Assembly: GCA_965218095.1 (NCBI GenBank)
Contig: OZ244587.1
Location: 192,001 to 256,000 of the forward strand
Length of the DNA: 64,000 nucleotides
Source: Candidatus Poribacteria bacterium
GTDB taxonomy: Bacteria; Poribacteria; WGA-4E; PCPOR2b
Reading direction: 5' to 3'
The number at the start of each line of letters is the position of its first letter. The stretch's first letter is position 1. Positions 10,028-21,314 of this stretch are shown piece by piece. A model generated the notes under the pieces. That model was not told where the DNA came from and did no database searches. It worked only from the letters and a program-made list of their open reading frames with translations. Position numbers and translations under genes: made by a program.

Positions 10028-10615
10028 GTGAAACGCGAGGCTGAAGTTGTCCGCGAAACGCGGGAAACACAGATTCGGCTCAAGCTCAATATTGATGGCG
10101 CTGGGGAATCCAATATCAGCACCGGCGTTGGGTTTCTCGACCACATGCTTGAACTCTTCGTCAAACACGGTTTTTTCGATCTCGACGTGAATGCCACAGG
10201 CGATCTCCATGTCGATGAGCACCACACCGTTGAAGATGTGGGCATCTGTTTAGGAGAGGCCTTCAAAAAGGCACTCGGAGATAAAGTTGGGATGCGCCGC
10301 TTTGGCAATTTTACCGTCCCGATGTATGAAGCCCTTGCACAGGTAAATTTAGATCTCTGCGGCCGTCCGTACTTGCACTATCAGACGCCCCTCACCCATG
10401 GCAAGGTGGGGACATTTGATGTGGAACTTGCTGAGGAGTTTTTTCATGGATTTGTCAACTACAGCGGGATGACACTGCACATTAACGTCCCCTACGGAAC
10501 AAATCACCATCATATCATTGAGGCGATTTTCAAGGCGGTTGCGAAGGCGTTTGATATTGCAACCAGTATCGATGATCGTGTCAGTGGCGTACTTTCAACT
10601 AAGGGAACGCTTTAG
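10028..10615 (+). CDS. hisB: Imidazoleglycerol-phosphate dehydratase
   Basis: [47 protein letters not shown]. Confidence 0.97.
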   Translation: MKREAEVVRETRETQIRLKLNIDGAGESNISTGVGFLDHMLELFVKHGFFDLDVNATGDLHVDEHHTVEDVGICLGEAFKKALGDKVGMRRFGNFTVPMYEALAQVNLDLCGRPYLHYQTPLTHGKVGTFDVELAEEFFHGFVNYSGMTLHINVPYGTNHHHIIEAIFKAVAKAFDIATSIDDRVSGVLSTKGTL

Positions 10616-10720
10616 ATTTCGATACGCTACGCTGCTCAATCCAGGGATTCAGAATCGCTCTGTTTGCGCGGCGTTGAACGCAGGTGATATGCTGCGCCGT
10701 GATTGAATGGAGATAAAGTT

Positions 10721-11600
10721 ATGGCAGATAACGTTCTCGCAGTTATCCTCGGTGGTGGGGCCAGCGCACGACTCTTCCCTCTTACCAGAGATTGAGCAAA
10801 ACCAAGCGTGCCAATCGCCGGTAAATTCCGTTTGGTTAATGTCCCAATCAGCAACTGCCTTCATTCAGGCGTAGAACGGATCTATGTCCTCACTCAGTTC
10901 AATTCGGTGTCCTTGAATCGCTACATCGCTCAGGCATACCGCTTCGATTCGTATCGGAGTGGTTTCGTGCAGATTTTAGCCGCCCAGCAAACACTTGATG
11001 GTGGTGATTGGTATCAAGGCACAGCAGATGCCATTCGACGCAACGAATCGTACATCATCAGCCCGACATTTCCGGATGAGCACATTCTGATTCTCGCCGG
11101 TGATCACCTCTACCGCATGGACTATCGAAAGATGCTGGAAGTTCACGTCAACTCGCAGGCGGATATTATGATCTCTGTCATTCCGGTTCACCAAGACGTC
11201 GTGAGTGGGCTTGGGTTTTACAGGTTGATGGGGAGGGACGAATTATCGATTTTGGGCAGGACATCATCCCTAAGAGTATTCACACAAAACGGGTGTTTGC
11301 TTACTTCTTTGATGGTTACTAGGAGGATATTGGGACGATCAAGGCTTTTTACCATGCCAACCTGGGGCTCACCGATCTCTTCCCCAAATTTAACTTCTAT
11401 GATGAACACGCCCCTATCTATACGCGCCGTCACCACCTCCCGAGCACCAAAGTCAACGACAGTCGTATTAGCTCTTCAATCCTCTCGGAAGGCTCGATTA
11501 TTGACGAGTCCGAAATCGACAGATCCATCATCGGCATTCGGAGCATCATCTCCGGTAACTCTCGAATCTACCAGTCGATTCTGATGAGAGTAGACTATTA
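10721..11600 (+). pseudogene. glgC: ADP-glucose pyrophosphorylase, 5' part
   Basis: [68 protein letters not shown]; contains stops, an internal deletion/frameshift and an insertion at 11601. Confidence 0.9.
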
Positions 11601-11606
11601 GAGTTA

Positions 11607-12544
11607 ACCCAAGTTGCGGACTATTCATCGAATATGTGAGTGAACTCAGAGTTGATTGATATTGCTGGCCAGTACAAACAACACCACTTTCAATTCAAAT
11701 CCTTGTGGCGTGACGGCATGGATACAACGCGGGAGCAATCTCTCAATTAAACTCCCACCCGTCTCAACAGACTTACGATAGTAAGTAGCCAGATAGGTCT
11801 CCCATGGCGGATATGCTCGCTTTGAATTCTTCTTGCGTATCGGCTTCAACTCCACTTCGACCGCTGCAACAATATCTTCTATTTCATAGTTATTGTACGC
11901 TTTGTCTCAGTAGACCCGGCTACCCGGTGGCAAGTCGAAGTCAAAACAGTGTAACCCTTCGACGTCGCCGATGCGCGCTGGAGTCACAAAGAATTCAATG
12001 GGCTGTTGGGCAGCGGTAACTAGCAGATGAACCTTCAAGATATCGGCGTTTAGCTGCTTGATAGCCTCGAAATGCCTCATCTGTGTAGATTTTCGACCAA
12101 CGAATGCGAATATTGTCACAGACAACAATTGGCACCGTATCCATCACATAAAGTTTCTGTTGATTGAGTTGCAAAAGCTTTCAGCCAAGATTTTGAACCA
12201 TGTGATGAACATCGGTTTAATTCGGTGAAGTTGTCGATTGAACCGATTCTTTGACAGCATCTTTGGGATATATCGATGAGTCTGGAGAAAGTCACGAACC
12301 GTTTGGAAGTTGGTGCCGAAAAAGAGTGCAGCGACGATGGCGGTGGTCATGCCTTCGGCGTCAGACATCTGAGTTTGTGGATTGGGTTGATGGTCGAATG
12401 CTTCTAAGAGCTTGTCACACAGATAGAAAACGGTTGCCATCTGGATATCCATGGGTTTCTCCTTTGAGGTTATGGTTGAACACCTCAACTTTAACGGAAA
12501 ACCCATGGATTTGCAATAGGTTTAGGTTAGATAGCAACTTAGGT
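11607..12544 (-). mobile_element. IS982-family element, frameshifted transposase
   Basis: Ends ACCCAAGTTGC / GCAACTTAGGT; ORF pieces MSDAEGMTTAIVAALFF, LKVHLLVT, YYRKSVET; near-identical to the copy at 38027-38955. Confidence 0.85.
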
Positions 12545-12568
12545 TATCCATATCATTAAAAAAAACAG

Positions 12569-13888
12569 ATGCCTACAAAATCGAAATCAGGTCAGTGGAA
12601 ACAGTATCGCCCCGCCAAGAAGGTCGGCAAATTATGTTATCACAATTGTACAATGGACTCCGAGTTTCCATTGCGTAATGTTCTAGGCAAATCCACAGAA
12701 CCCAACTATGAAATGGCGACCTACAATTGGTGCGCCTGCTGTAACCAACCAGCCGTTCGCACTGCTGTCCAATGTGGTCTATCACACCTCCTGTTTATTA
12801 CGAAGTATAAGGGCAGGAATGAATGCTACAGGGATCGCTATTTTATCGTCGGCTACTACGAACTGGGGTGGACAGCAGAGATCAACGGGTGCACTGCCAT
12901 TCGAGCGAAAAACCTCTGTTTTGTACCGGTTGAGCACGCCTACGAAATTACAGATGGGCGGTGGCAATGTATCAATCCTCACGGCGAGACGACACGCTTG
13001 ACGAATTTGCGGTGGGCGACGCAACGTATCAGTGAAATCTGCCTCGACAAAATTGTGCAACATCTTGATAAACACAACCGGGTGGCTGATTATCTGTTAG
13101 AGGTTGCCCGACTGAAAGCAAAATACAATCCATTTCAGGATGTTCCCAAAGGGCGCATTTTCATCATAAACGTTGGGGCGAATACCAGCCATCGGCAACA
13201 AAGCCCACTGTTTAATGACAGAACGTTTGAGTTTATACCCATTCCCGGAGGGCACGATGAGGGGTTGACCTACGCCGATCTCCGTCAATTCAACGATCCC
13301 GATATGCCGTTGTTCGATCGATTTGCTGACTCTGCCATCTCACCATCGAAGAAGGTTCACAACGATCCCGAATTTGCCACCTTTACCTACGGCGACAATC
13401 TTCGCAAAAAGGGCGGGTTGCGTCAGTTGCAAGCGGGTGATTTCCTCTTCTTTTTGGCGCGTTTGGTGCCGTATGCGGCGCGGCAATTTGATGAAAAAAA
13501 TGCCAGATTTGCGTTGATCGGCTACCTCGAGATTGAGGAGCGTTTCGATAACCCCGATGATCTAATGTTCACTAGTCCGGCGCTCAATAAGAATGCACAC
13601 GTCATGCGATGGGTGAACAACCCGGCAAGCTTTACCAACTATGCCGTTTTCAAAGGGTCGATCAACTCCCGACGCTTCCACACCGCTGTACCTTTTGACC
13701 GCAAATTTGTCGAACATATCCCTATCCTAAAAAAGAATCGAACAGCTTGGAAGTGGGGGAAACAGACTGACCTCGGCGTTATCGGCTCAAATACTAGAGC
13801 AGTACGCATGCACATCGATCCGAAAAAAGATAAAAAACGTGCGAAACGATTTTGGAAACGTATTTGGAAATTGCAAAGTTGGTCTTGA
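12569..13888 (+). CDS. Two-domain protein: Cys-rich N-terminal domain plus C-terminal Nmad3-like (nucleotide-modification-associated) domain
   Basis: C-domain IINVGANT...SPLFNDRTFEFIPIP...TYADL...VHNDPEF..FTYGD...LQAGDFLFF...LIGY; N-domain EPNYEMATYNWCACC...LLFIT...YFIVGYY. Family call is from recall only. Confidence 0.55.
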   Translation: MPTKSKSGQWKQYRPAKKVGKLCYHNCTMDSEFPLRNVLGKSTEPNYEMATYNWCACCNQPAVRTAVQCGLSHLLFITKYKGRNECYRDRYFIVGYYELGWTAEINGCTAIRAKNLCFVPVEHAYEITDGRWQCINPHGETTRLTNLRWATQRISEICLDKIVQHLDKHNRVADYLLEVARLKAKYNPFQDVPKGRIFIINVGANTSHRQQSPLFNDRTFEFIPIPGGHDEGLTYADLRQFNDPDMPLFDRFADSAISPSKKVHNDPEFATFTYGDNLRKKGGLRQLQAGDFLFFLARLVPYAARQFDEKNARFALIGYLEIEERFDNPDDLMFTSPALNKNAHVMRWVNNPASFTNYAVFKGSINSRRFHTAVPFDRKFVEHIPILKKNRTAWKWGKQTDLGVIGSNTRAVRMHIDPKKDKKRAKRFWKRIWKLQSWS

Positions 13889-14042
13889 CGTAAGTCATCC
13901 TGAATTTTTTTTCAATCCCAGTGCCTCTGCGAATCTCCTAAGCTTTGGAAATGAGGAATGGAATGTAAAACGTAGTTACTTGAGGATAACCATTTTTCGC
14001 AACGACGAAACACCGTCCCCATGTAGCTGGTAGAAATAGATA

Positions 14043-14194
14043 ACCCGAGTTGCCACCTTGATAAGAAAAGGGGCAGAAACCGAGTTTTTTACGATGAATC
14101 AATACGAGTTGTGCGAAAACGGGCCCAATTTGCTCAGCATGTGGGAAACGGCCGCCAAAAACTCGGTTTCTCTGGAATAGGTCGCAACTTGGGT
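14043..14194. mobile_element. IS982-type MITE (152 bp)
   Basis: Ends ACCCGAGTTGCCACCT / AGGTCGCAACTTGGGT match the IS982 TIRs; internal IR AGAAACCGAGTTTT / AAAACTCGGTTTCT. Confidence 0.75.
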
Positions 14195-14196
14195 TA

Positions 14197-14292
14197 GAGT
14201 TAATTGGAAATAAGCCGATTCTACAATATGTTGGGTAATAAACGACAATTTACTGCTAAATATTGTGGCTTGTCGTTATTTCCAAATATGTC
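14197..14292. mobile_element. Older ~96-bp MITE inserted in glgC
   Basis: Imperfect IR GAGTTAATTGGAAATAA / TTATTTCCAAATATGTC; TATTA duplicated at 11596-11600 and 14293-14297. Confidence 0.6.
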
Positions 14293-14532
14293 TATTATGA
14301 AACAGAGAAACAGAAGAGGCAGAATCAGGAAAATGGCATTCTAGCTGTTGGCGTTGGAAGAAACTACCTGATTCAAGGTGCCATTGTTGACAAAAACGCC
14401 AGAATTGGAGAAAACTCAACGATTGCCAACACCGAGAATAAGGAACACTTTGACGGTGATAATTACTATATTCACGACGGTATTGTGATTATCCTTGACG
14501 ATGCGGTGATCATGCCAGGAACGGTAATCTGA
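14293..14532 (+). pseudogene. glgC: glgC 3' part (beta-helix C-terminus)
   Basis: YYETE...GVGRNYLIQGAIVDKNARIG...YYIHDGIVII...IMPGTVI; joins LMRVDY at 11581-11598. Confidence 0.9.
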
Positions 14533-14748
14533 GACATGAAACGTGATGCGTAAAACGTAAAGCGTAATATACCACGATAGGTCGTGCGCCTTACATCTTG
14601 AATCCCCGATGGATCGGGATAAACTGCGCGGAGATTCAGGCGACGAAAGCGTCATTTGTGACTGTCCGCAGTATAATTCATTGCCTTATCCATTTCATTC
14701 CCACCCTTCCATTCTTCCTTTCCTTCCAGCCTTCCTCATTCCTTCTTC

Positions 14749-16101
14749 TTATTTCTTCATTGACCCGTTTACCAATTCCCGAATCGCCTCCTTGACCGCT
14801 TCCTCAACTGCTGGCGCAAATGGGGCGCTCTGTCGCCATCGCTTGTAGGCGTTCGGCTCGTAGCCGCCCTCGGAGAGGGCTCGGGCAGTTGGCACATAAG
14901 TTTGACAGCCCTGCGTGTAGCCGAGCGTGAACGTCCGCTTTCCCCTCAACAATTCCCGTGCATACAATCCGTATTCTAGGAAAAACTCACCCGAAAACGC
15001 CATCCAGTGAACATCACCAATGTCCCACCGCGAGAAGGTGTAGTCCACCGTTGTTGGCGCGCGATTCTCCGCTAGTTCAAGCCGAACCTGCTACACCCAT
15101 TGTCGCATCGCAAGTTGGTAACCGGTATTCCACGATGAACCTCTCGCCTTTTCTGCTTCGCTCGCCTGTGCGGATCTGACCGCCTGGGCAACGACCTCAT
15201 CGAGCTCGCAACGCAATGGGGGATCGGTGAGCGGTAGCGCTCGCCGGATGCGCCAAGTACGAATGGAGTTCGGAGGAACTGGTTCACGAACCTTTAAGGC
15301 TTCATCTACGGCATCGGCAAGCTCACTCCCACAACGCATCGCATCGCTTGATGTCCCTCCCCGGAATCTGCCATTTTCATCTACGAGATTTGGACGTACA
15401 TTTCCGAATATACCCGGTAGGTAAAGCGCAACGACTTCACGATGCCGGGCTTCCAACGCCAACTGAGCTTGACCCGGATAATCCCCCGAGACTTTCGGCC
15501 CGAGTAGAATCGTTGGGTGACAACAGTAGCTGAAAAATACCCCAGCCAGCGATCCATCTTCTCGATGACATGCAAGGATGGGCACGCTTTTATCGACCAC
15601 TCCATCGGGGTTTGGCTGCATGATGCATGTTCCCGCCGCGGTAATCCGCCGTCGATTCACATTAAAATCACAAATCGACTTCCCAAACGAGAGTGTGACA
15701 GGCTCCATGCAGAATAGCAAATCTTTTGCCAATTGGGTCACATGATCACGTACGCCGTCAAAATAAGGGCTAAAGCCACCGCGGAGGTCAATAGGACACA
15801 AGATCGGCGCCGAGTGGCTGTGGCTGCTGGTTATCAGGATACGATCGGACGGAATGCTTGTTGTGTCAGTGATTGCGTTCTCAAGCTCCGCAATTTCAGC
15901 GACGCCCAGTCCCAGCGTGTCGGTGGCGAGGACGAGTACGGGGAGCCCGGCAGCTTGGATCACCGCGATACGCGCATAGATGTCGTCCAAAACGCCTGTC
16001 GGTATGCCAAAGAAGAAATCTGGATAAACGTCATTGATTGGCGGCGTTATTGAAACCTTCCCAAAAGCAGCCCCGATTTTATCGGGATGTTCCACTTTCA
16101 T
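14749..16101 (-). pseudogene. Neutral/alkaline ceramidase-like hydrolase with an in-frame TAG
   Basis: ITSSHSHSAP, NVNRR, YCCHPT, SGDYPG, then after the stop at 15091-93 GEFFLEYG...GYTQG..YVPT...EGGYE in the same frame. Confidence 0.75.
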
Positions 16102-16291
16102 CTGACCTCCCATCGTTTTTGGATTCTATTTGTTCTTGCGAAGATTTATCGATTCAGTTGCGTATGCACGCGAATTTTACGATGTGTGAATTGTCAAAAT
16201 TCCCTGTCAGTTTATCAAAAACTGTTTCTGAGATCAACGCAAAACTTACTCTCGAAACCTGATTAGATCGCCACTTCCATGAAGACTATAA

Positions 16292-17542
16292 TGGATCCCG
16301 AAATCTGTACCACCAATTAAGTCAGAAATTCGTCGAATGAATACTCATTCAAAATGGAGGGTCCAATATGTCTACGAAAAGAATTCGGCACACCGCCAAG
16401 TTCAAGTTTACTATTGCTATTGAGGCGATAAGGGCAGACAAAAGTATCAATCAACTGGCAAGTGAACACCAACTGCACCCCAGCCAAATCAGTCAGTGGA
16501 AAAAACAACTCCTTGACCAAGGGAGCCAAATTTTATCTAACATCGCTGCCAAACATCAACTCAAGCAGCACCAAAGGGAGTCAGACCTATATGAACAAAT
16601 CGGTCGGCTGAATATGGAACTCGACTGGTTGAAAAAAAAGCGACCCCATCGAGTTGAACAAAAACGCGCATGGATTGAAGCGAACCATCCTAAGCTGAGT
16701 ATTCGTCGCCAGTGTGAGTTGCTTGGTTTTTCCCGCTCAACGCTCTACTACCAACCCGCACAAGAATCGGAGGAAAATCTCAGGTTGATGTAGCTGATTG
16801 ATGAGCAGTATATGAAGACACCCTTTTACGGTAGCCGCCGAATGACCCAATATCTCAAACGCCTTGGCATAGATGTCAATCGCAAGCAGGTTCAGCGACT
16901 GATGAAGATACTGGGCATAGAAGCGATTTATCCCAAACTCAAGTCCTCAGCCATCAACAGCAAGCATCGGATTTACCCATACCTGTTGCGTGATTATGTG
17001 GTTGAAACTCCCAATGAGGTCTGGTTAGCAGACATCACATATCTACCGATGAATAAAGGGTTTATGTATCTGGTTGCGATACTCGACTGGTATAGTCGTT
17101 ACGTCATTACTTGGGAGCTATCCAATCGTCTAGAAGGTCAGTTCTGCCTCGACGCCTTGCATCGCGTATTAGCTTGGGCAACCCCTACCATCTTCAATAC
17201 CGACCAAGGCGTCCAGTTTACCGCCAATGCTTTCACCAATACTATTGAAACTGCTGGTATTGCTATGAGTATGGATGGCGTGGGTCGAGCCATTGACAAC
17301 ATTTACATCGAGCGGTTTTCGTGCTCCGTCAAGTACGAAGATGTTTACCAGAAACTCTACCAGACGGGACAAGCCCTTTTTGATGGATTAGCTAACTATA
17401 TCCGTTTCTATAATGAGCAACGACCGCACCAGAGTCTTGATTATGCAACGCCGGCTGAGGTGTATCTCGGCTAAAACAGCGTCGGTATATCTCAAACATC
17501 TTACTTATTTTTCCATTACTTTGGCCTTGAGCATGGGGTCCA
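16292..17542 (+). mobile_element. IS3-family element; transposase has a premature stop
   Basis: TG...CA ends (TGGATCCC / GGGGTCCA); orfA HTH with an A8G slippery site; orfB rve core WLADITY, FNTDQGVQF, DNIYIER, RPHQSLDY; TAG at 16791-93. Confidence 0.9.
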
Positions 17543-17736
17543 CTTTAGACTCAAGGAGAGGAAAAGGAATATCGGCTCACTTGAACAAATCAGGAGTGAA
17601 GGATAATTTGGAGCTTTCAATTAATCGATAGATGTGCTAAAATATATTTGAATCTTTCAGAGCCTTAAACCTTTGAAAGGTTGTTCGTTTCTGTTTTCAT
17701 ATCTACTCCGAACCAAATCTGTAGAGAGGTACACAA

Positions 17737-18606
17737 ATGGCGAGAGTCAACCGAGCAATCGAACTGCTCGAACAAGGACAGCCGATTTATTATAGTGGGG
17801 CTAACGAGATCAGTTACGAAGGGGGCATCAAAGCCGCCCAAACGTGGGCTGATTATCTTATCGTTGAGATGGAACATGGACTTTTTAACCTTCCCGCGCT
17901 GGATCAGTTTATGCAGGGGTTGGTTGCAGGTGGTCCCACAAAAAGTGGCCATCGCACACCGGCAATAATTACCACCCTGCCAACAGATGGAACCGATGAA
18001 CATGTGATGCGTGCAAATGCCTGGATGATCAAACAGATACTTGCGAGAGGCGTTCACGGCATCCTGCTATGCCACGCCGAAACGCCTGGTGCAGTGAAGG
18101 CATTTGTCGAATCTGCACGCTATCCATTCCAGACAATCGGTGTTGGAGAAGGACTGGATGTGGGGCGTCGGGGCTCTGGTGGACAAGGCTGTGGGGTATC
18201 GATTTGGGGTATATCGACTTTGGAATACCTGAAGACAGCCGATGTTTGGCCCCTCAACCCCAAAGGTGAAATTATGCTCGGCTTGAAGATCGAAAACAAG
18301 CGGGCGCTTAGCAATGTTGAGGCAACCGTACGTATCCCCGGCATTGCCTTCGCCGAGTGGGGGCCGGGGGACATGGGGATGTCACACGGTTATGCTGATG
18401 CGCACGATCCGCCTTATGCAGAGGAAATGGCAAAAGCACGAGCGCGGGTAAAAGCTGCCTGCGAAGCCGAAAATATTGCGTTTCTTGATGGCGTCAACCC
18501 AGACAGTGTGATCGAGAAGATCGCAGAAGGCGTTAGGATTGGTTCAGGAGGCGAGGAAGCCGCGGATATTGGCCGAAGACATACCAATCGTACCATGCCG
18601 TGGTAA
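17737..18606 (+). CDS. HpcH/HpaI aldolase/citrate-lyase-family protein
   Basis: DYLIVEMEHG, KQILARGVHGILL, GLKIEN, FAEWGPGDMGMS. Confidence 0.8.
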   Translation: MARVNRAIELLEQGQPIYYSGANEISYEGGIKAAQTWADYLIVEMEHGLFNLPALDQFMQGLVAGGPTKSGHRTPAIITTLPTDGTDEHVMRANAWMIKQILARGVHGILLCHAETPGAVKAFVESARYPFQTIGVGEGLDVGRRGSGGQGCGVSIWGISTLEYLKTADVWPLNPKGEIMLGLKIENKRALSNVEATVRIPGIAFAEWGPGDMGMSHGYADAHDPPYAEEMAKARARVKAACEAENIAFLDGVNPDSVIEKIAEGVRIGSGGEEAADIGRRHTNRTMPW

Positions 18607-19011
18607 AAGTGAAACGTGGTGCGTATTGCGTAAAAAACTGTATTAGTCAATGATATGTCGCAGCTATAGGTTGGGGGCCCCGTTGCGCGGGATCTTGCTG
18701 TGCTAGAGACTTACCCCAACTCATTCGCCGCTGCCTTGGTGGGGCAAGCCCCACACTACAAATCCGTATCTGTGTTTCCGACTTTTCATCACTGCGCAAG
18801 ACACCGTTGACCAATGAGGAGGATAAGCAGGCAATAGAGAAAGTGAAACGCAAGCGGGCCGTCAGAGAGGTGATGCAAAATGCCAAAAAAAAATGGTTCT
18901 CGAAGGTAGATGCGGAACGTCGGGAACAGATAGGAATGCACACCGTAAGCGCAAGCGTGCCGCACAGTTCAGTTACCTACCACTAGGCTTCAATTTTCGC
19001 TTTCCGCTTAA

Positions 19012-19270
19012 AAAACCTAACGGCAGATCAACAGCAAAAAATAGAACTCATCCATCTCAAGTCGGAGCAGGAGCGGATTCGGAAGGAAGCCGAGATTCGC
19101 GTGAAAGAGATTGATTTACACATTGAAATGCAGAAGCTAGTCGCCGATCGGCAGACTATCAAAGCGATTGTCAAGGAAATTGCCGATCTGCAAACTGATT
19201 CGACTCGCAGAGGTTGGTGCGATGTTCGATGTCTTTGGAGTTCTCACCCTCGATTAACTCAAGAAGGCCC
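19012..19270 (+). pseudogene. Remnant of a Spy/CpxP-like periplasmic protein
   Basis: NLTADQQQKIELIHL...EAEIRVKEIDL...DRQTIKAIVKEIADLQ; no intact start. Confidence 0.45.
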
Positions 19271-19330
19271 GCAAGATGATGAGGAAATGGAAGGAAGGGA
19301 AGGAAGGGAAGGAAGAATTCGTTGCACCCA

Positions 19331-20446
19331 TCACGTATCATGCTTCCCTGTATCCTTGTATCTCTGAGTTTTGAAGAGTTGCTTCACTGCTGATGCAGCA
19401 ATCTGCGTATCCTGTAACGGCTCAATGGGTGTTTCATCCGTCAATGCCCGTTGAAGGTTTATTTCCAGATCGCCGATGTCAGACCATGTGACTGAGGAAC
19501 GACGCATAATTTCTGGATAAACTCGGCATCGCCTGGGGCGATGGCGGGTCTTGTGATCAACCTCCAGAATAATCACCCGTTTACCGCTACTTGCGGCTTC
19601 GCAGACCATCGAAAAGCTATCTTCAGTGACGATAATCACATCCGACAGTGCGAAGATTGTCCCGACTGGATCAGCAAGTGGAACCTCCCGATCTGATCGA
19701 GGCGAATTTTCTCGGTGAGCTAAAACAAGGATTGGACACAGTTGGGGGACTGAAAGGCTTTCACCAATTAGATTTTCGACAGCAAGTGGGGTTCGGCGGG
19801 AGGTCGTCAACAAGATCTGGCTGTCGCACTTCGCAGCGAACCGCTGCAAGGTTTCGATGAGGGAAGCGGTTGTTCCCTCGGTAAGCGTGTCGTAACGGTC
19901 TTCACCTCCAATGAGAACACCGATTCGCCCCTGATCTGAAAGCCCCAGATCTGCCCGGAGTTGTTTACGCTGTGCGTCTAATTTTGCTGGACAGATCCGA
20001 TTGGGAACGCCGATCGTTTTACAGACGTTACTTTTGTTACGGCGGGGCCAATACATCCTGGGAAGAATAGCGAGGTCAAAGAAGGTGATGCCCACCGGCG
20101 AAGGACGACGGCAAGTGACTGTCTTTGCGTTGAAAAGTTGTCCGATAAGCAGGTTGGGAGCGGCAACAGATGAACTAGTTGATAGAATGAGGTCGGCGCT
20201 ATCAATGGCGAAAATCTCATCAAGCGTTCGTTGCTCGATTGCCATACGCAGGCAAGCCTTGATGAGCCAGCGCGGCAGTCTGAACCCACCGAATAGGCGC
20301 ATAAACACACGCAAGAGATTATCCCTTTGCTTACTGCGAAAACTGACGTCGATCCAGTGATGGTTGCACTCAGGAATCCGTTGAATCACGCCTAAAGACT
20401 GATTGTAATGACCGGGTTTGCCGTCACTCAAAACGATGGCTTGCAT
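19331..20446 (-). CDS. ELM1/GtrOC1-family putative glycosyltransferase-fold protein
   Basis: LSDGKPGHYNQSLG, VLIGG, LTTSRRTP, IIVTEDSFSMVCEAASSGK. Confidence 0.85.
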   Translation of the reverse strand: MQAIVLSDGKPGHYNQSLGVIQRIPECNHHWIDVSFRSKQRDNLLRVFMRLFGGFRLPRWLIKACLRMAIEQRTLDEIFAIDSADLILSTSSSVAAPNLLIGQLFNAKTVTCRRPSPVGITFFDLAILPRMYWPRRNKSNVCKTIGVPNRICPAKLDAQRKQLRADLGLSDQGRIGVLIGGEDRYDTLTEGTTASLIETLQRFAAKCDSQILLTTSRRTPLAVENLIGESLSVPQLCPILVLAHRENSPRSDREVPLADPVGTIFALSDVIIVTEDSFSMVCEAASSGKRVIILEVDHKTRHRPRRCRVYPEIMRRSSVTWSDIGDLEINLQRALTDETPIEPLQDTQIAASAVKQLFKTQRYKDTGKHDT

Positions 20447-20673
20447 GAGCGTAATACGTGATGCGTAAGGAGTGTCAAGTCAGAAAAGTGTGCTTCTGCA
20501 CATGCTTGCGAGGACCTGAGACCCATAGGCCCATAGATCTGAACTTATAGCGAGTAAAACGCGCGCTTCTCCCGTCATCTTCAACAAAGGGAAGCATCTC
20601 TTGCACCTTAACGAGGAGATTCTTCGCTGCGCTTTATTAGACTTCCAAGAAACTACCCGCAATGAGTTCCCTA

Positions 20674-21018
20674 TTAAAAATCAGCCAACGCTTCTTTCTC
20701 TGAAGCAAAGACGTCAATACTTCGGAGCAGGCCAATCACTTCAAAGATTTTCCGTATCTGGTCTGATGGATGAGCAACACGTAGAATTTGTCCCTTGTTG
20801 CGCATTTTCCAAATCAGCTTGACAATGAGCCCAAAGCCGCTGCTCGTGATAAAGCTCTGTTGGTCAAAGTTGAGCAGGATTTTCGTTGTGTTTTCGGGCT
20901 TAACCTGCTCACAAGCCGTATGAATACCTGCCTCTGAGTCTTCCGTAAGATAACCTGTGACATCAAATACGGCGATTTCTCCAACGTACCTGACTAATAT
21001 TTGAGTTTCTGATCGCAT
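20674..21018 (-). CDS. STAS-domain anti-sigma-factor antagonist
   Basis: LLNFDQQSFITSSGFG (phosphoacceptor Ser), IRKIFEVIGL. Confidence 0.85.
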   Translation of the reverse strand: MRSETQILVRYVGEIAVFDVTGYLTEDSEAGIHTACEQVKPENTTKILLNFDQQSFITSSGFGLIVKLIWKMRNKGQILRVAHPSDQIRKIFEVIGLLRSIDVFASEKEALADF

Positions 21019-21314
21019 GGATTCTCCCTTCGGCGTTCAAGGCAGACCGAACTGATATCAAGTCACTCGCGCGTATGACTATTTTAGCCAATCTGAGAAA
21101 TCCTGTCAATAGGGTAGTAGAATTGCAATCAACAATCAAGTCTCTAGGGCAGCGAGATCCCCCAATGGGATCGGGACAAATGGCCTGACGAGAGACTTCA
21201 AATTTTTGCGAATTTCCTCAATGGATCCAAAAGGGCCCCTATTGAGGTAACATCTATACCAAGTTTCCACGTGCTTTGGAAATTTCTACCTTTTTCAAAT
21301 TAAGGAGCGATAAC

